The notes below the pieces were generated by a model that was not told the origin of the DNA, searched no databases, and saw nothing but the letters and a program-made list of their open reading frames with translations. Of a DNA stretch of 64,000 nt, positions 21,945-31,115 are shown in pieces (within the stretch, counting starts at the first letter, position 1; the number at the start of each line of letters is the position of its first letter). The translations under genes were made by a program, and so were the position numbers. Source of the DNA: Myxococcota bacterium (GTDB lineage: Bacteria > Myxococcota_A > UBA9160 > PR03); assembly GCA_041611735.1 (NCBI GenBank), contig JBFIML010000005.1, positions 71,664-135,663 of the forward strand, given 5' to 3'.

Positions 21945-23150
21945 CTGGCCACCCGTCTCGCCGTCATCGTGAGCCACCCGATCCAGCACTTCGCGCCCTG
22001 GTACCGGGAAGTCGCCCGCCGCGGTGCCCTCGAGCTGCACGTGCTGTTCTGCTGCGACTGGGGCGTGCAGGAAGTGGTGGATCCAGGCTTCGCAACGGCG
22101 TTCAAGTGGGACGTGCCGCTGACGGAAGGCTATTCCCACGAGTTCCTGCCCATTGCGCGTCGTCCCCGCCGCCTCGGCTTCTTCGAGGTGGACAATCCCC
22201 AGGTCGCCACGGCGCTCGACCGCTTCGAGCCGGACGTGGTGCAGGTGCTCGGCTGGGCCTACCGCACCAACTGGCGGGCGCTGGCGTGGGCGCGCCGGTG
22301 CCGGCGGCCGGTGCTCCTGTACACGGACTCGAACGTGAAGGAACAGGTGGCGGTCTGGAAGGTGCGGCTCAAGCGCCCGCTGATCCGCCGCTTCTACCGG
22401 CGCGTGGACGGCGCGCTGTACGTGGGGGACAACAACCGCGCCTACCACCGGGCCTACGGGCTTCCCGAGGAGCGGCTCTTTCCGGGCGTCTACCCCATCG
22501 ACCGGGCGCGGTTGCTGGCCGCGGCGCCCGACCGGAAGGCGGCCCGGCGCACGCTGAGATCCCGCCACGGCGTGCCCGAGGATGCCTTCCTGGTGATCTC
22601 GTGCGGCAAGTACCTGCCGCGCAAGCGCCACCTCGACCTGGCGGCGGCCGCCGCGCAGCTCGCGGCGCGCCAGCGCCCGGTGTGGGCGCTCCTGGTGGGC
22701 GAAGGCCCTCAGCGCCCGGAGCTGGAGGCCTGGCTGCGCCAGCGCCAGATCCGCAACGTGGCGCTCACGGGCTTCGTGAATCAGGCGGAGATCCCGCACT
22801 ACTACGCGGCGGCGGATGCCGTCGCCGTGCCTTCCGACTTCGACCCGCACCCGCTCGTGGTCTCCGAAGCGGCGAGTTTCGGCCTGCCGGTCCTGGCCAG
22901 CGACGCGATCGGCTGCATCGGCGAGAACGACACGGCGCGGCCCGACGTGAACGCGCTGGTCTTTCCGTGTGGGGACGTGGCGGGCCTGGTCCAGGGGATC
23001 GCCCGCCTGCTAGATGATCCGGCGCTCCGGCGCCGCATGGGCGAAGCCTCGCTGCGCATTTCCGAGTGGCAGGACGCGAGCGTGGCGGCGGAGGCCCTGG
23101 CCCGGGCCAGCCAGGCGCTGGTGCGCCTGGGGCCGCGCCGGACGCGCTAG
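21945..23150 (+). CDS. GT4 glycosyltransferase
   Basis: RLAVIVSHPIQH, DPGFATAFKWDVPLTEGY, GFVNQAEIP, DPHPLVVSEA. Start approximate (CTG after GGAGGA). Confidence 0.88.
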   Translation: MATRLAVIVSHPIQHFAPWYREVARRGALELHVLFCCDWGVQEVVDPGFATAFKWDVPLTEGYSHEFLPIARRPRRLGFFEVDNPQVATALDRFEPDVVQVLGWAYRTNWRALAWARRCRRPVLLYTDSNVKEQVAVWKVRLKRPLIRRFYRRVDGALYVGDNNRAYHRAYGLPEERLFPGVYPIDRARLLAAAPDRKAARRTLRSRHGVPEDAFLVISCGKYLPRKRHLDLAAAAAQLAARQRPVWALLVGEGPQRPELEAWLRQRQIRNVALTGFVNQAEIPHYYAAADAVAVPSDFDPHPLVVSEAASFGLPVLASDAIGCIGENDTARPDVNALVFPCGDVAGLVQGIARLLDDPALRRRMGEASLRISEWQDASVAAEALARASQALVRLGPRRTR

Positions 23151-24259
23151 CCGCCGAGCTCGAGGGCGCGCAGCAGGTCCGCGCGGAAGCGCGCGTAGGC
23201 GAAGCGCTGGCGGGCCTGGCGACGGCCCGCCTCCGCCAGGCGCTCGCGCCGGTCGGAATCCAGCAGGAGCTCCGTCACCGCCTCGGCGAGGGGGGCGACC
23301 TCGCCGTAGGGAACCAGCAGGCCCGTCTCGCCCGGGCTGATCACCTGGCCTGCGGCGTCGGCGGTGGAGCCGATGCAGGGGAGCCCGTGCCACAGGGCCT
23401 CGGCGTAGACGAGCCCGAAGCCCTCCTGGCGGCTCGGCATGCTGAACAGCGAGGCGCGCCGGAAGAGCCGCGCGAGCTCGTGGTCGGAGACCCGACCCAG
23501 GAAGCGCACCGCGCCGGCGAGGCCGAGCTCCCGGGCCTTGGCCTCCAGCCGCTCGCGGTCGTCGCCGCCGCCGGCCACCCAGAGCTCCGCCCGGGGTACG
23601 CGCGCGCGGACCCCGGGCCAGGCCTCCAGCAGCTGGTCGTGCCCCTTGCCCCGCTCCTCCGCCCACATGCGGCCCACGATCAGGGCGGCCGGTTCGCGGG
23701 CCAGGCGCGCCAGCTCGTCTTCCCGCGCCTGCCAGGCCGCCACCCGTTCCGGGTCGATGCAGAGCGGGACGACGCGCACCCGGTCCGCGAGCGGGGGGAA
23801 ACGCTTCCTCACGTCCGCGGCGGTGTGCTCCGAGTTGGCCAGCAGCCGCCAGGCGGCGTCCAGGGCCCGGCGCCGGGAGTCGTGTCCCACGCGGCCGAGC
23901 TCGATGCCGTGCAAGAAGATGGCGCTGCGGGCAGCAGCGAGACCGAGCCCCGGGATCACCGCGGCGCGGGCGGGCCCCAGCTGGTCGAAGAAGACGAGAT
24001 CCGACCGCTGGCGGCGGAAGCTGCGCCAGAGCTGCCACACGAAGCGCGCCTGGGAGCCCGCGGCCAGGCGCTGCTCGCCCCGGGGCGGCGGATCCGGGGG
24101 CGCCGCCGGGTCGTCGAGCAGCAGGACCCGGTCGCTGCGTTCCAGGCGGCCCGCCTGGACCTCCTCGTCCAGGGCCCGGGTCACGCAGCGCGCCACGCTC
24201 GCGATGCCGCCGTCGATGCGGAGGCCGGTCAGGCCCAGGAGCACGCGCTGCGGCGTCAT
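23147..24259 (-). CDS. GT4 glycosyltransferase
   Basis: DGGIASV, FLHGIE, KGHDQLL, PSRQEGFGLVYAEA. Confidence 0.9.
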   Translation of the reverse strand: MTPQRVLLGLTGLRIDGGIASVARCVTRALDEEVQAGRLERSDRVLLLDDPAAPPDPPPRGEQRLAAGSQARFVWQLWRSFRRQRSDLVFFDQLGPARAAVIPGLGLAAARSAIFLHGIELGRVGHDSRRRALDAAWRLLANSEHTAADVRKRFPPLADRVRVVPLCIDPERVAAWQAREDELARLAREPAALIVGRMWAEERGKGHDQLLEAWPGVRARVPRAELWVAGGGDDRERLEAKARELGLAGAVRFLGRVSDHELARLFRRASLFSMPSRQEGFGLVYAEALWHGLPCIGSTADAAGQVISPGETGLLVPYGEVAPLAEAVTELLLDSDRRERLAEAGRRQARQRFAYARFRADLLRALELGG

Positions 24260-24268
24260 GCGGCGCGC

Positions 24269-24274
24269 AGTATA
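24269..24274 (-). promoter_or_regulatory. Putative -10 box (TATACT) 9 nt before the GT4 start; leaderless-type
   Basis: Minus strand reads TATACT-gcgcgccgc-ATG, with no SD. Confidence 0.5.
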
Positions 24275-24323
24275 GAGGAGGCGAGAGCGACCGCCGTCGC
24301 GAAGCCCCACTGCGGCCGGCCGC

Positions 24324-24329
24324 TACACT
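24324..24329 (+). promoter_or_regulatory. Putative -10 box (TACACT) 9 nt before the asnB start; leaderless-type
   Basis: TACACT-gcgcgctcc-ATG, with no SD. Confidence 0.5.
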
Positions 24330-24338
24330 GCGCGCTCC

Positions 24339-26192
24339 ATGTGCGGAGTCGCGGGCATCCTCGAGTACGCCGGCCGTCGGACGGTGGACCCCGCGAGCCT
24401 CGAAGCCCTGCGCGACGCCCAGCGCCATCGCGGTCCCGACGACGCCGGGCTGTGGATCGCGCCGGACGGGGCCACGGGCCTGGCCCATCGCCGCCTCTCG
24501 ATTCTCGACCTCTCGCCCGCAGGCCATCAGCCCATGGCCACGCCGGATGGCCGCCTGCACGTGGTCTACAACGGCGAGATCTACAACTATCCGGAGCTGC
24601 GGCGCGAGCTCGAGACGAGCGGGCACCACTTCGTCTCGGGAGCCGATACGGAGGTGCTGCTGCACGGCTGGCGCGCCTGGGGCACGCGGCTGCTGGACCG
24701 ACTGCGCGGCATGTTCGCCTTCGCGCTCCACGATACGGAACGACGCGAGACCTTCCTGGCCCGCGATCCGCTCGGGATCAAGCCCCTGTACTGGAGCGAT
24801 GGGGCGGGGCGCTTCGCCTTCGCGTCGGAGGTGCAAGCGCTGCGCAGCGTGCTCGGCGCCGGAGACCTGGATCCCGAGGGGCTGGCCAGCTACCTGCTGT
24901 GGGGCTCCATCGCGCCGCCCCACACGCTCCACGCGGGAGTGCGCGCGCTCCCGCCGGGATCCTGGATGCGCGTGGCTTCGGGCGGGGTGGCGGGTCCGTT
25001 CCGCTACTTCGCCGCCGAGCAGGAGCTCGGCCGCGCCGAGCCCATGACCCCCGAAGAAGCCGGCGAGGCGATCCGCGCCGCGCTCGTGGACTCCGCCCGC
25101 CACCACCTGCTGGCCGACGTCCCGGTGGGCTCGTTCCTCTCGGGGGGCGTCGACTCCTCGGCGCTGCTCGGGCTCCTGGCCGAGTGCCACCGCGGCCCGA
25201 TCCGCACCGTCACCCTGGCCTTCGACGTCCCCGCCCTGGACGAGAGCGCCCTGGCCCGGGTGGGGGCCGAGCTCTACGGCTCCGACCACCACGAGATCCC
25301 GATCCGCATCGACGAGATCCGCGACCGCATGCCGGACGCCGTGCAGGCCCTGGACCAGCCCTCCATCGACGGCATCAACACCTACTTCGTCTCCGAGGCC
25401 GCGGTTCGTGCGGGGCTCAAGGTAGCGGTCTCGGGCGTGGGCGGGGACGAGCTCTTCGGGGGCTACGCGAGCTTCGCGCGCATCCCGCGCGTGCGCCGCG
25501 TGCACCGGCGCCTGACCGCGGTCCCGGGTGTCGCGGAGGTCCTGGCGCCCGCCGCCCGGCGTCTCGCCGCGGCACGCCCCGGACCGCGCCTGGCCAAGCT
25601 GGCCCGCGCCCTGGCCGGGGGCGGGGACGACGCGGGCGCCTACTTCGCCGAGCGCGGCCTGTTCGGTCCCGAGGAGGTTCGTGCCCTGCTGGCGCCGCAG
25701 CTGGCCGAGGCGGTGGCGGCGTGCGATCCCCGGGAATCCCTGCGCAGGCGCGTGGCCCTGGACGCCCTGCCCGAGGAGGAGCGCGTCTCGGCCCTCGAGA
25801 TCCGGCAGTACCTCCAGGTGCAGCTGCTGCGCGACACCGATGCCACCAGCATGCGCCACTCGCTCGAGGTGCGCACTCCGCTGGTGGACCGCGAGCTGCT
25901 GCGTCTGGCGGCGCGCGTTCCGCCGGGCCTGCGTTGCGAGGGCCCCGCCAAGCGGCGGCTCCGGGAGGCGCCGCGGCCGCCGGTTCCGCCGGCACTCTGG
26001 GAGCGCCGCAAGCAGGGCTTCACGCTGCCGTTCGAACCCTGGCTGCGGAGCGGGGCCCTGCCGGCCCGGCTCCCCGAGCACCCCTGGCTGCGTTCCGCAG
26101 CGGTGGCGCGCGTGGCCCGGGACTTCCGCCGCGGGCGGGTCCACTGGTCCCGGCTCTGGGCCCTGGTGGTCCTCGAGCACTTCCTGAGCTAG
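24339..26192 (+). CDS. asnB: Asparagine synthase-like glutamine amidotransferase (polysaccharide amidation)
   Basis: N-terminal MCG, HRGPD, HRRLSILD, NGEIYN, RDPLGIKPLY, LSGGVDSS, SGVGGDELFGGY, KQGF. Confidence 0.95.
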   Translation: MCGVAGILEYAGRRTVDPASLEALRDAQRHRGPDDAGLWIAPDGATGLAHRRLSILDLSPAGHQPMATPDGRLHVVYNGEIYNYPELRRELETSGHHFVSGADTEVLLHGWRAWGTRLLDRLRGMFAFALHDTERRETFLARDPLGIKPLYWSDGAGRFAFASEVQALRSVLGAGDLDPEGLASYLLWGSIAPPHTLHAGVRALPPGSWMRVASGGVAGPFRYFAAEQELGRAEPMTPEEAGEAIRAALVDSARHHLLADVPVGSFLSGGVDSSALLGLLAECHRGPIRTVTLAFDVPALDESALARVGAELYGSDHHEIPIRIDEIRDRMPDAVQALDQPSIDGINTYFVSEAAVRAGLKVAVSGVGGDELFGGYASFARIPRVRRVHRRLTAVPGVAEVLAPAARRLAAARPGPRLAKLARALAGGGDDAGAYFAERGLFGPEEVRALLAPQLAEAVAACDPRESLRRRVALDALPEEERVSALEIRQYLQVQLLRDTDATSMRHSLEVRTPLVDRELLRLAARVPPGLRCEGPAKRRLREAPRPPVPPALWERRKQGFTLPFEPWLRSGALPARLPEHPWLRSAAVARVARDFRRGRVHWSRLWALVVLEHFLS

Positions 26193-26239
26193 CGGCCTGA
26201 CGGCTCGGGCACGCCGCTTGGCCGGCTGCGGCCAGCGGC

Positions 26240-26245
26240 TATCCT
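26240..26245 (+). promoter_or_regulatory. Putative -10 box (TATCCT) 9 nt before the GT4 start
   Basis: TATCCT-gcgcccgcc-GTG, with no SD. Confidence 0.45.
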
Positions 26246-26254
26246 GCGCCCGCC

Positions 26255-27349
26255 GTGCGCCCCCGAGTGCTCGTGAACATGCTGTCCGTGGCCCACGGCG
26301 GCGGGCGAAGCTACGCGGTCAACCTGCTGCGCCAGCTCGAGCGCGACGACCGCGGCTTCCACGTGACGTTGCTGGTGCCGCCCGGCGACCTGGCCCGGCT
26401 CGCGACGCGCCGGGTGGAGGTCCGGAGCCTGCCGCTCCCCTCCGGGCTGCGGCTCCCGCTGCGGCTGCTCTACGAGGAGCTCGTGCTCCCGCTTCGGGCG
26501 CGTCGCTACGACCTCCTCTACGGGATTGCCGACCTGGCCCCCCTGCTCCCCGGCGTTCCGACGGTGGTGGCGCTGCGCAACCTGAACATCTACGACCGTC
26601 GCTATTACGACAACCTGCGCCTGCGCACGCTGGAGCGACTGGTGCGAGCCGGGCTGCGACACGTGCGCAAGGTGGTCTTCGCCACGCGCGCCGCGGCCGA
26701 CGAGATCGGCAGGCGACTGGCCCTGGAGGAGGCGCGCATCGCCGTGGTGCCGTACGGAATCGAGCTCGGCGCGTTCGCGGACGCTCCGCCGCCCGCGAGC
26801 GAGGCGCCGTACCTCTTCCTCCCCGCGGCCCTGGAGCGCCACAAGAATCTCGAGGTGCTGCTGGAGAGCCTGCTCCACGTGGCGGAGCCGCGCCTCGAGC
26901 TCTGGATCGCGGGGACCGACTTCACGGATCCGCCCTATGCCCGGGAGATCCGCGCGCGCATCCGGCGCCTCGGCCTGGAGAAGCGCGTGCGCCTGCTGGG
27001 ACTCGTCCCCTACCAGGAGATCCTCTCCTACTATCGGGGGGCCTGGGCGTTGGCCTTTCCCTCGCTGCTCGAGACCTTCGGTCACCCGGTGCTCGAGGCC
27101 ATGTTCGCGGGCACGCCCCTGGTGGTGTCCGACATCCCGGCCTTTCGGGAGCTGGCCGGCGATGCGGCGCGCTACTTCCCGCCGCGCGATCCGCTGGCAC
27201 TCGCCCGGGCCATCGACGCGGTGCGGGCCGAGCCGACGGCCACCCGGGAGCGCGTCGAGCGAGGCAGGCAGCGGGTGGGCCGCTTCACCTGGGAGCGGTC
27301 CGTGGACGAGCTGTGCCGCGTCTTCGAGAGCGTGCTGCGCCAGGGGTGA
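26255..27349 (+). CDS. GT4 glycosyltransferase
   Basis: GGGRSY, HKNL, FPSLLETFGHPVLEAM, VSDIP. Confidence 0.9.
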   Translation: MRPRVLVNMLSVAHGGGRSYAVNLLRQLERDDRGFHVTLLVPPGDLARLATRRVEVRSLPLPSGLRLPLRLLYEELVLPLRARRYDLLYGIADLAPLLPGVPTVVALRNLNIYDRRYYDNLRLRTLERLVRAGLRHVRKVVFATRAAADEIGRRLALEEARIAVVPYGIELGAFADAPPPASEAPYLFLPAALERHKNLEVLLESLLHVAEPRLELWIAGTDFTDPPYAREIRARIRRLGLEKRVRLLGLVPYQEILSYYRGAWALAFPSLLETFGHPVLEAMFAGTPLVVSDIPAFRELAGDAARYFPPRDPLALARAIDAVRAEPTATRERVERGRQRVGRFTWERSVDELCRVFESVLRQG

Positions 27350-27359
27350 GAACTCCGGG

Positions 27360-29612
27360 CTAGGGAGGCCCGTCGAGAACCACCAGGCGGCTGCTCCCCC
27401 GGGCCTGGGAGGCCTTCCAGCCCGGGATGCGGCTCCCGATCGCCACGGCCGAGTTCGAGGCGAGCCCGCCGGTCAGGCGCAGGCTGCCCCGTTCGATGGC
27501 CGAGTTCAGGAAGATCGGCCCGCCCGCGGCCGAGAAGTCCACCAGCGGCTGCGGCGACGCCGCCTCGGGCGGGGCGAGCCGCAGCCGGTCGAAGACCAGG
27601 GGAAAGCCGGCGCCGGTCATGGTGGTGGTCACCAGGACGGGCGAGGTGGAGTCGAGAGCGTGGAAGTACCAGACCCCGCTGGCCGAGTTGCGGACGGAGA
27701 GATCCCGCTCGCGGGTGCCGCGCACCGTCGCGCCGAGAACCGCCCAGGTCCCTCCGCTGAGGGCCCCCTCCGCGTGCCCCATGCTGATGCGGTTGTCCAC
27801 GAAGCGGCCCCGGTAGACCAGGTTCGCCAGCGCGTTGTAGGACCCGATCGCCAGGCCGTGGCCCGCGTTCTGGAACGCCACATCCACCATCAGGTTCTCG
27901 GAGCACTGGGCCCCCGACTCGAGCCCGATCCCGAGGCCGTAGGCGCCGCCGTCGAAGACGACGTCGTAGAAGGACACCTCCTGGCTGGCGTGTCCCACCC
28001 CCTGCGCGTTCTCCAGGGCGAAGGCGGCCTCGCCCCCGGGCGCCGGGCCCTGCGTGCCGGGTGCCGTCCGGAACGTGATGCCCTGGACGGTGGCGTACGC
28101 GAGGCCCTGCGTGGCGAAGACGCCCCCGCTTCCGTCGCGCCGGACGACGGTACGGTCGCTTCCCGCCCCGGCGATCCACCCCCCGGACGGATGCCGGGTG
28201 CAGCGCGCCTTGCGGTGGTTGAGCCGCAGGACGTCCGTGACCCGGTAGGTCCCGGCCGGGAGATGCAGCAGCTTGGGCGTCTTGCCGTCGCAGCCCGCGT
28301 CGAGGGCGGCCTGGATGGCCCGGGTGTCGTCGTGCTCGCCGTCCCCGCGCGCTCCGAAATCGCCCACGCTCAACATGCCCGGCAGGGCGCGGGTCAGGCG
28401 GGGGCGGGGCAGGGGAGGCGGGACCTCGACGAGCGGGAAGCTCGGCAGCGCCGCCTTCGGGCCCGGGCTGCGATCGGCCAGGAAACGGGTCCCCGGTGGG
28501 ATGGGAATGCGGGTCCGGTGGCGGTAGGAGTGGAGGTTGGCCCGGGCGAAGACCCGCTTCGTTGACTCCGGAAACGCTCCGGCCTCGTCGAAGACCAGGT
28601 TCCCCACCGCCACCAGTGTGGCCTTGGGAGCATTGCCGGAGACCAGGGCGCCGGCGCCGAGTGCCCCGTTGTTGCCCGCCAGCCAGACGCTGCCCGTGGC
28701 GTGGTAGTCCACGAAGCGCCCGCGCCCGCGTCCCTGGCCGGCCCAGCTGCCTCCGTTCGAGAGCAGGACGAGGTCCACCGGTTGCGACGTGGGTGGGACG
28801 TGCACGAGGGTCGAGGGAAACGTCCCCCGACGGGCGCCGTTGTTGCCCTCGCTTCGCACGTTGGCGATCACGTGGGGGCCGTGGCGGGAGGCCGCGTCGA
28901 TGCGGAAGTCCGCGATGCCGTTGCCGGCCTGCACGCCCGTGCCGAAGACGCGCAGGTGCCCGCGCCGCACCCAGACGTGGAAGAGTGCGTCGCCGGGGAG
29001 GCGCGGCGGCCGCCCGGCGTTCGAGATGTTGCCCCCGACCAGCACGACGCGTGCATCCGGATGGTCCACCACCACGGTCGACTGCACTGCGCCCCGGGGC
29101 AGGAAGACGCTCCCCTGGAGACGCACGTCGCCGGGGCCCTGCAGGACGAGCGCGGACTCGGCCACGCTGCAGTCCTGGAGCTCGAGCTGGAGTGGCTCCC
29201 GATTGCGCGCCAGGACGGCGACGAAGCCCGGCGGGCCGTCCCGCTGTGGGGCCTCCAGGCGCAGCCCGGCGAGATTCACGTGGGGCGCCTTCTCCAGCAC
29301 GAAGAGCGGATGCTCCGGATGCCGCGGCACGAGCCGCGTGTGGACCCGGTCGGCCCCGTGCAGGAAGAGGGGCTCGTCGCGGGAGACCACCAGGGGATTG
29401 TCCACCCGATGGACCCCCGGCCGCAGGTAGACGTGCCGGTGCGCGGCCAGGGCCTTCGCCAGGGAGGCGCCCGGCTCGAGGGCCACGAAGGCGTCGTAGC
29501 TCGCCGGTCGCCCGTCGGTCCCCCGGGCCGCGTGGGGAGCCACCCCGGGAACGGCGAGCAGGACGAGGAGCGCGATCCGCAGGCGGGACGGCGCGGGCGC
29601 CGTCCCGCTCAC
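27360..29612 (-). CDS. Secreted tandem beta-helix protein with Pectate_lyase_3/GH28-like domain
   Basis: Signal IALLVLLAVPGVAPHA, N-terminal YLRPGVHRV...LHGADR module, internal SVGDFGARGDGEHDDTRAIQAALDA...LPAGTYRV. Confidence 0.75.
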   Translation of the reverse strand: MSGTAPAPSRLRIALLVLLAVPGVAPHAARGTDGRPASYDAFVALEPGASLAKALAAHRHVYLRPGVHRVDNPLVVSRDEPLFLHGADRVHTRLVPRHPEHPLFVLEKAPHVNLAGLRLEAPQRDGPPGFVAVLARNREPLQLELQDCSVAESALVLQGPGDVRLQGSVFLPRGAVQSTVVVDHPDARVVLVGGNISNAGRPPRLPGDALFHVWVRRGHLRVFGTGVQAGNGIADFRIDAASRHGPHVIANVRSEGNNGARRGTFPSTLVHVPPTSQPVDLVLLSNGGSWAGQGRGRGRFVDYHATGSVWLAGNNGALGAGALVSGNAPKATLVAVGNLVFDEAGAFPESTKRVFARANLHSYRHRTRIPIPPGTRFLADRSPGPKAALPSFPLVEVPPPLPRPRLTRALPGMLSVGDFGARGDGEHDDTRAIQAALDAGCDGKTPKLLHLPAGTYRVTDVLRLNHRKARCTRHPSGGWIAGAGSDRTVVRRDGSGGVFATQGLAYATVQGITFRTAPGTQGPAPGGEAAFALENAQGVGHASQEVSFYDVVFDGGAYGLGIGLESGAQCSENLMVDVAFQNAGHGLAIGSYNALANLVYRGRFVDNRISMGHAEGALSGGTWAVLGATVRGTRERDLSVRNSASGVWYFHALDSTSPVLVTTTMTGAGFPLVFDRLRLAPPEAASPQPLVDFSAAGGPIFLNSAIERGSLRLTGGLASNSAVAIGSRIPGWKASQARGSSRLVVLDGPP

Positions 29613-30793
29613 CGCCGACGGGAGGTCCGGCGCCGGCGCCGTGCGGCGCGCAGCAGGGGGACCACCAGCAGTGCCTCGAGGCCCAGCAGACCGCAGCCAC
29701 CCTCGGGCGCCTCGGTGTCGTCCCAGTCGGCGGAGCACTGCGGGTCGGCGGGGTAGTCGATCAGGCCGTCGCCGTCGTTGTCTGCCCCGTCCTGGCACTG
29801 GCCGACCTCCGAGCTGCCGAGCCGGTCCTTGCACGTGATTTCCCACAACGCCTCGAGGTTCCCGTCGAAGTCCTCGTCGAGGCCACCGAAGTCGATGCGC
29901 CCATCGCCGTCGTTGTCCACGCCGTCCACGCAAGGCAGCGTGGGCAGGGTCTGGAACACCCACTTCTCGGGATCGATGTAGTTGACGCCGTCCACGCCGA
30001 TCCCGATCTGGGTGAGCAGCGGCATGTTGCCGGTGGGCCCGGGATAGCCGTAGACGAACAGGCCGTGCGCGTGGGCCCGGTCGACCACCGCCTGGGTGAT
30101 GGTGTTGGTGAGGATGCCGACGCCGAAGTCGCCGTTGGCGGCCAGTTCCTGGAGGACCGGGTCCGTCAGGTCGGCGGCCGCGTAGCCGCCCACGATGCGC
30201 CGCACGTTGGGCAGGTTCTGGCGGAACTCCGGGTTCATGATCTGCTGCCGGGTCCACACGATCAAGGTGTCCGGGTCGATCCCCGTGCGCTGGAAGATGT
30301 CGAGGATCGGCAGCGTCTGGCCCGGGTTCTTGATCTCCACCACCAGCGAGAGCCCGCTTCCGTCCACGAGCAGCAGGGCCTCCTCGAGGGTCGGCATCGG
30401 CGTGCCCGCGAACGCCGGGTCGAACCAGGAGCCGGCGTCGAGCTGCTGGAGCTGGGCCACGGTGAAGTCCCCGGGCCGGGGAAAGCGGCCCAGGGGATTG
30501 TTCGAGGCGACCACGCAGTCGTAGCCCCAGTCCTCGATGTTGGTGGTGCGGCAGAGGCTCACGTCGTGGTGGAGGATGGGGATCCCGTCCGCACTCGACC
30601 AGGAGTCCGTCTCCATCCACTGGTTCCCGATGGAGAGGGTGTGGGCGAAGGTGGGAAGCGTGTTCTCGGGAGCATGCACGCGTCCGCCCCGGTGCACGAG
30701 CCCCGTGACCTTGGCCTCGGCCGCGCCCGTCAGCAGGACGAGGGCCAGCGCCGCCAGCCCCGTTCGTCCAGCGCGAAACGCGTTCGCTCCCAT
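29609..30793 (-). CDS. Exported glycerophosphodiester phosphodiesterase (GDPD) with Cys/Asp Ca-binding repeats and a C-terminal sorting signal
   Basis: Signal ...LLTGAAEA; HRGG, PENT, METD, HHD, PTLEEAL, VEIK; two CxDGxDNDGDGxID repeats; tail GGCGLLGLEALLVVPLLRAARRRRR. Confidence 0.85.
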   Translation of the reverse strand: MGANAFRAGRTGLAALALVLLTGAAEAKVTGLVHRGGRVHAPENTLPTFAHTLSIGNQWMETDSWSSADGIPILHHDVSLCRTTNIEDWGYDCVVASNNPLGRFPRPGDFTVAQLQQLDAGSWFDPAFAGTPMPTLEEALLLVDGSGLSLVVEIKNPGQTLPILDIFQRTGIDPDTLIVWTRQQIMNPEFRQNLPNVRRIVGGYAAADLTDPVLQELAANGDFGVGILTNTITQAVVDRAHAHGLFVYGYPGPTGNMPLLTQIGIGVDGVNYIDPEKWVFQTLPTLPCVDGVDNDGDGRIDFGGLDEDFDGNLEALWEITCKDRLGSSEVGQCQDGADNDGDGLIDYPADPQCSADWDDTEAPEGGCGLLGLEALLVVPLLRAARRRRRTSRRR

Positions 30794-31115
30794 CGTCCTG
30801 GTTCTCCCCGCCAATCCGACCATGATCTGGGCAGGCTGCGCCGGAGTCAAGCCGACGCTGCGACGCAGCGCAGGCGCAAGGAGCGGGATGCCAGGCGAGG
30901 CGGCAGGATAGGGGGCGCCCCTGCGGATCGGCGCTGGCTCGGAGCTCGGGGCGCGCCGCTCAATGGCGACGGGCGACGCGCCGATCCCTGCGGGCAGGCC
31001 GGTCCCCTTGCGCCCCAGGTCGCCTGGGATAACCTGCTGTGTTTTCAAAGCCTTAGCCAGGAGCCCAGGCCGGACCGCAGCCCGGTTGGGGGGACCAGGA
31101 CGGGAACCAGCTTCC

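Noticed and set aside
31025-31060. AT-richer patch (GATAACCTGCTGTGTTTTCAAAG) as an IHF site or att site
   Set aside because: Poor match to the IHF consensus, and no integrase, tRNA or direct-repeat partner was seen. It is probably just promoter DNA.
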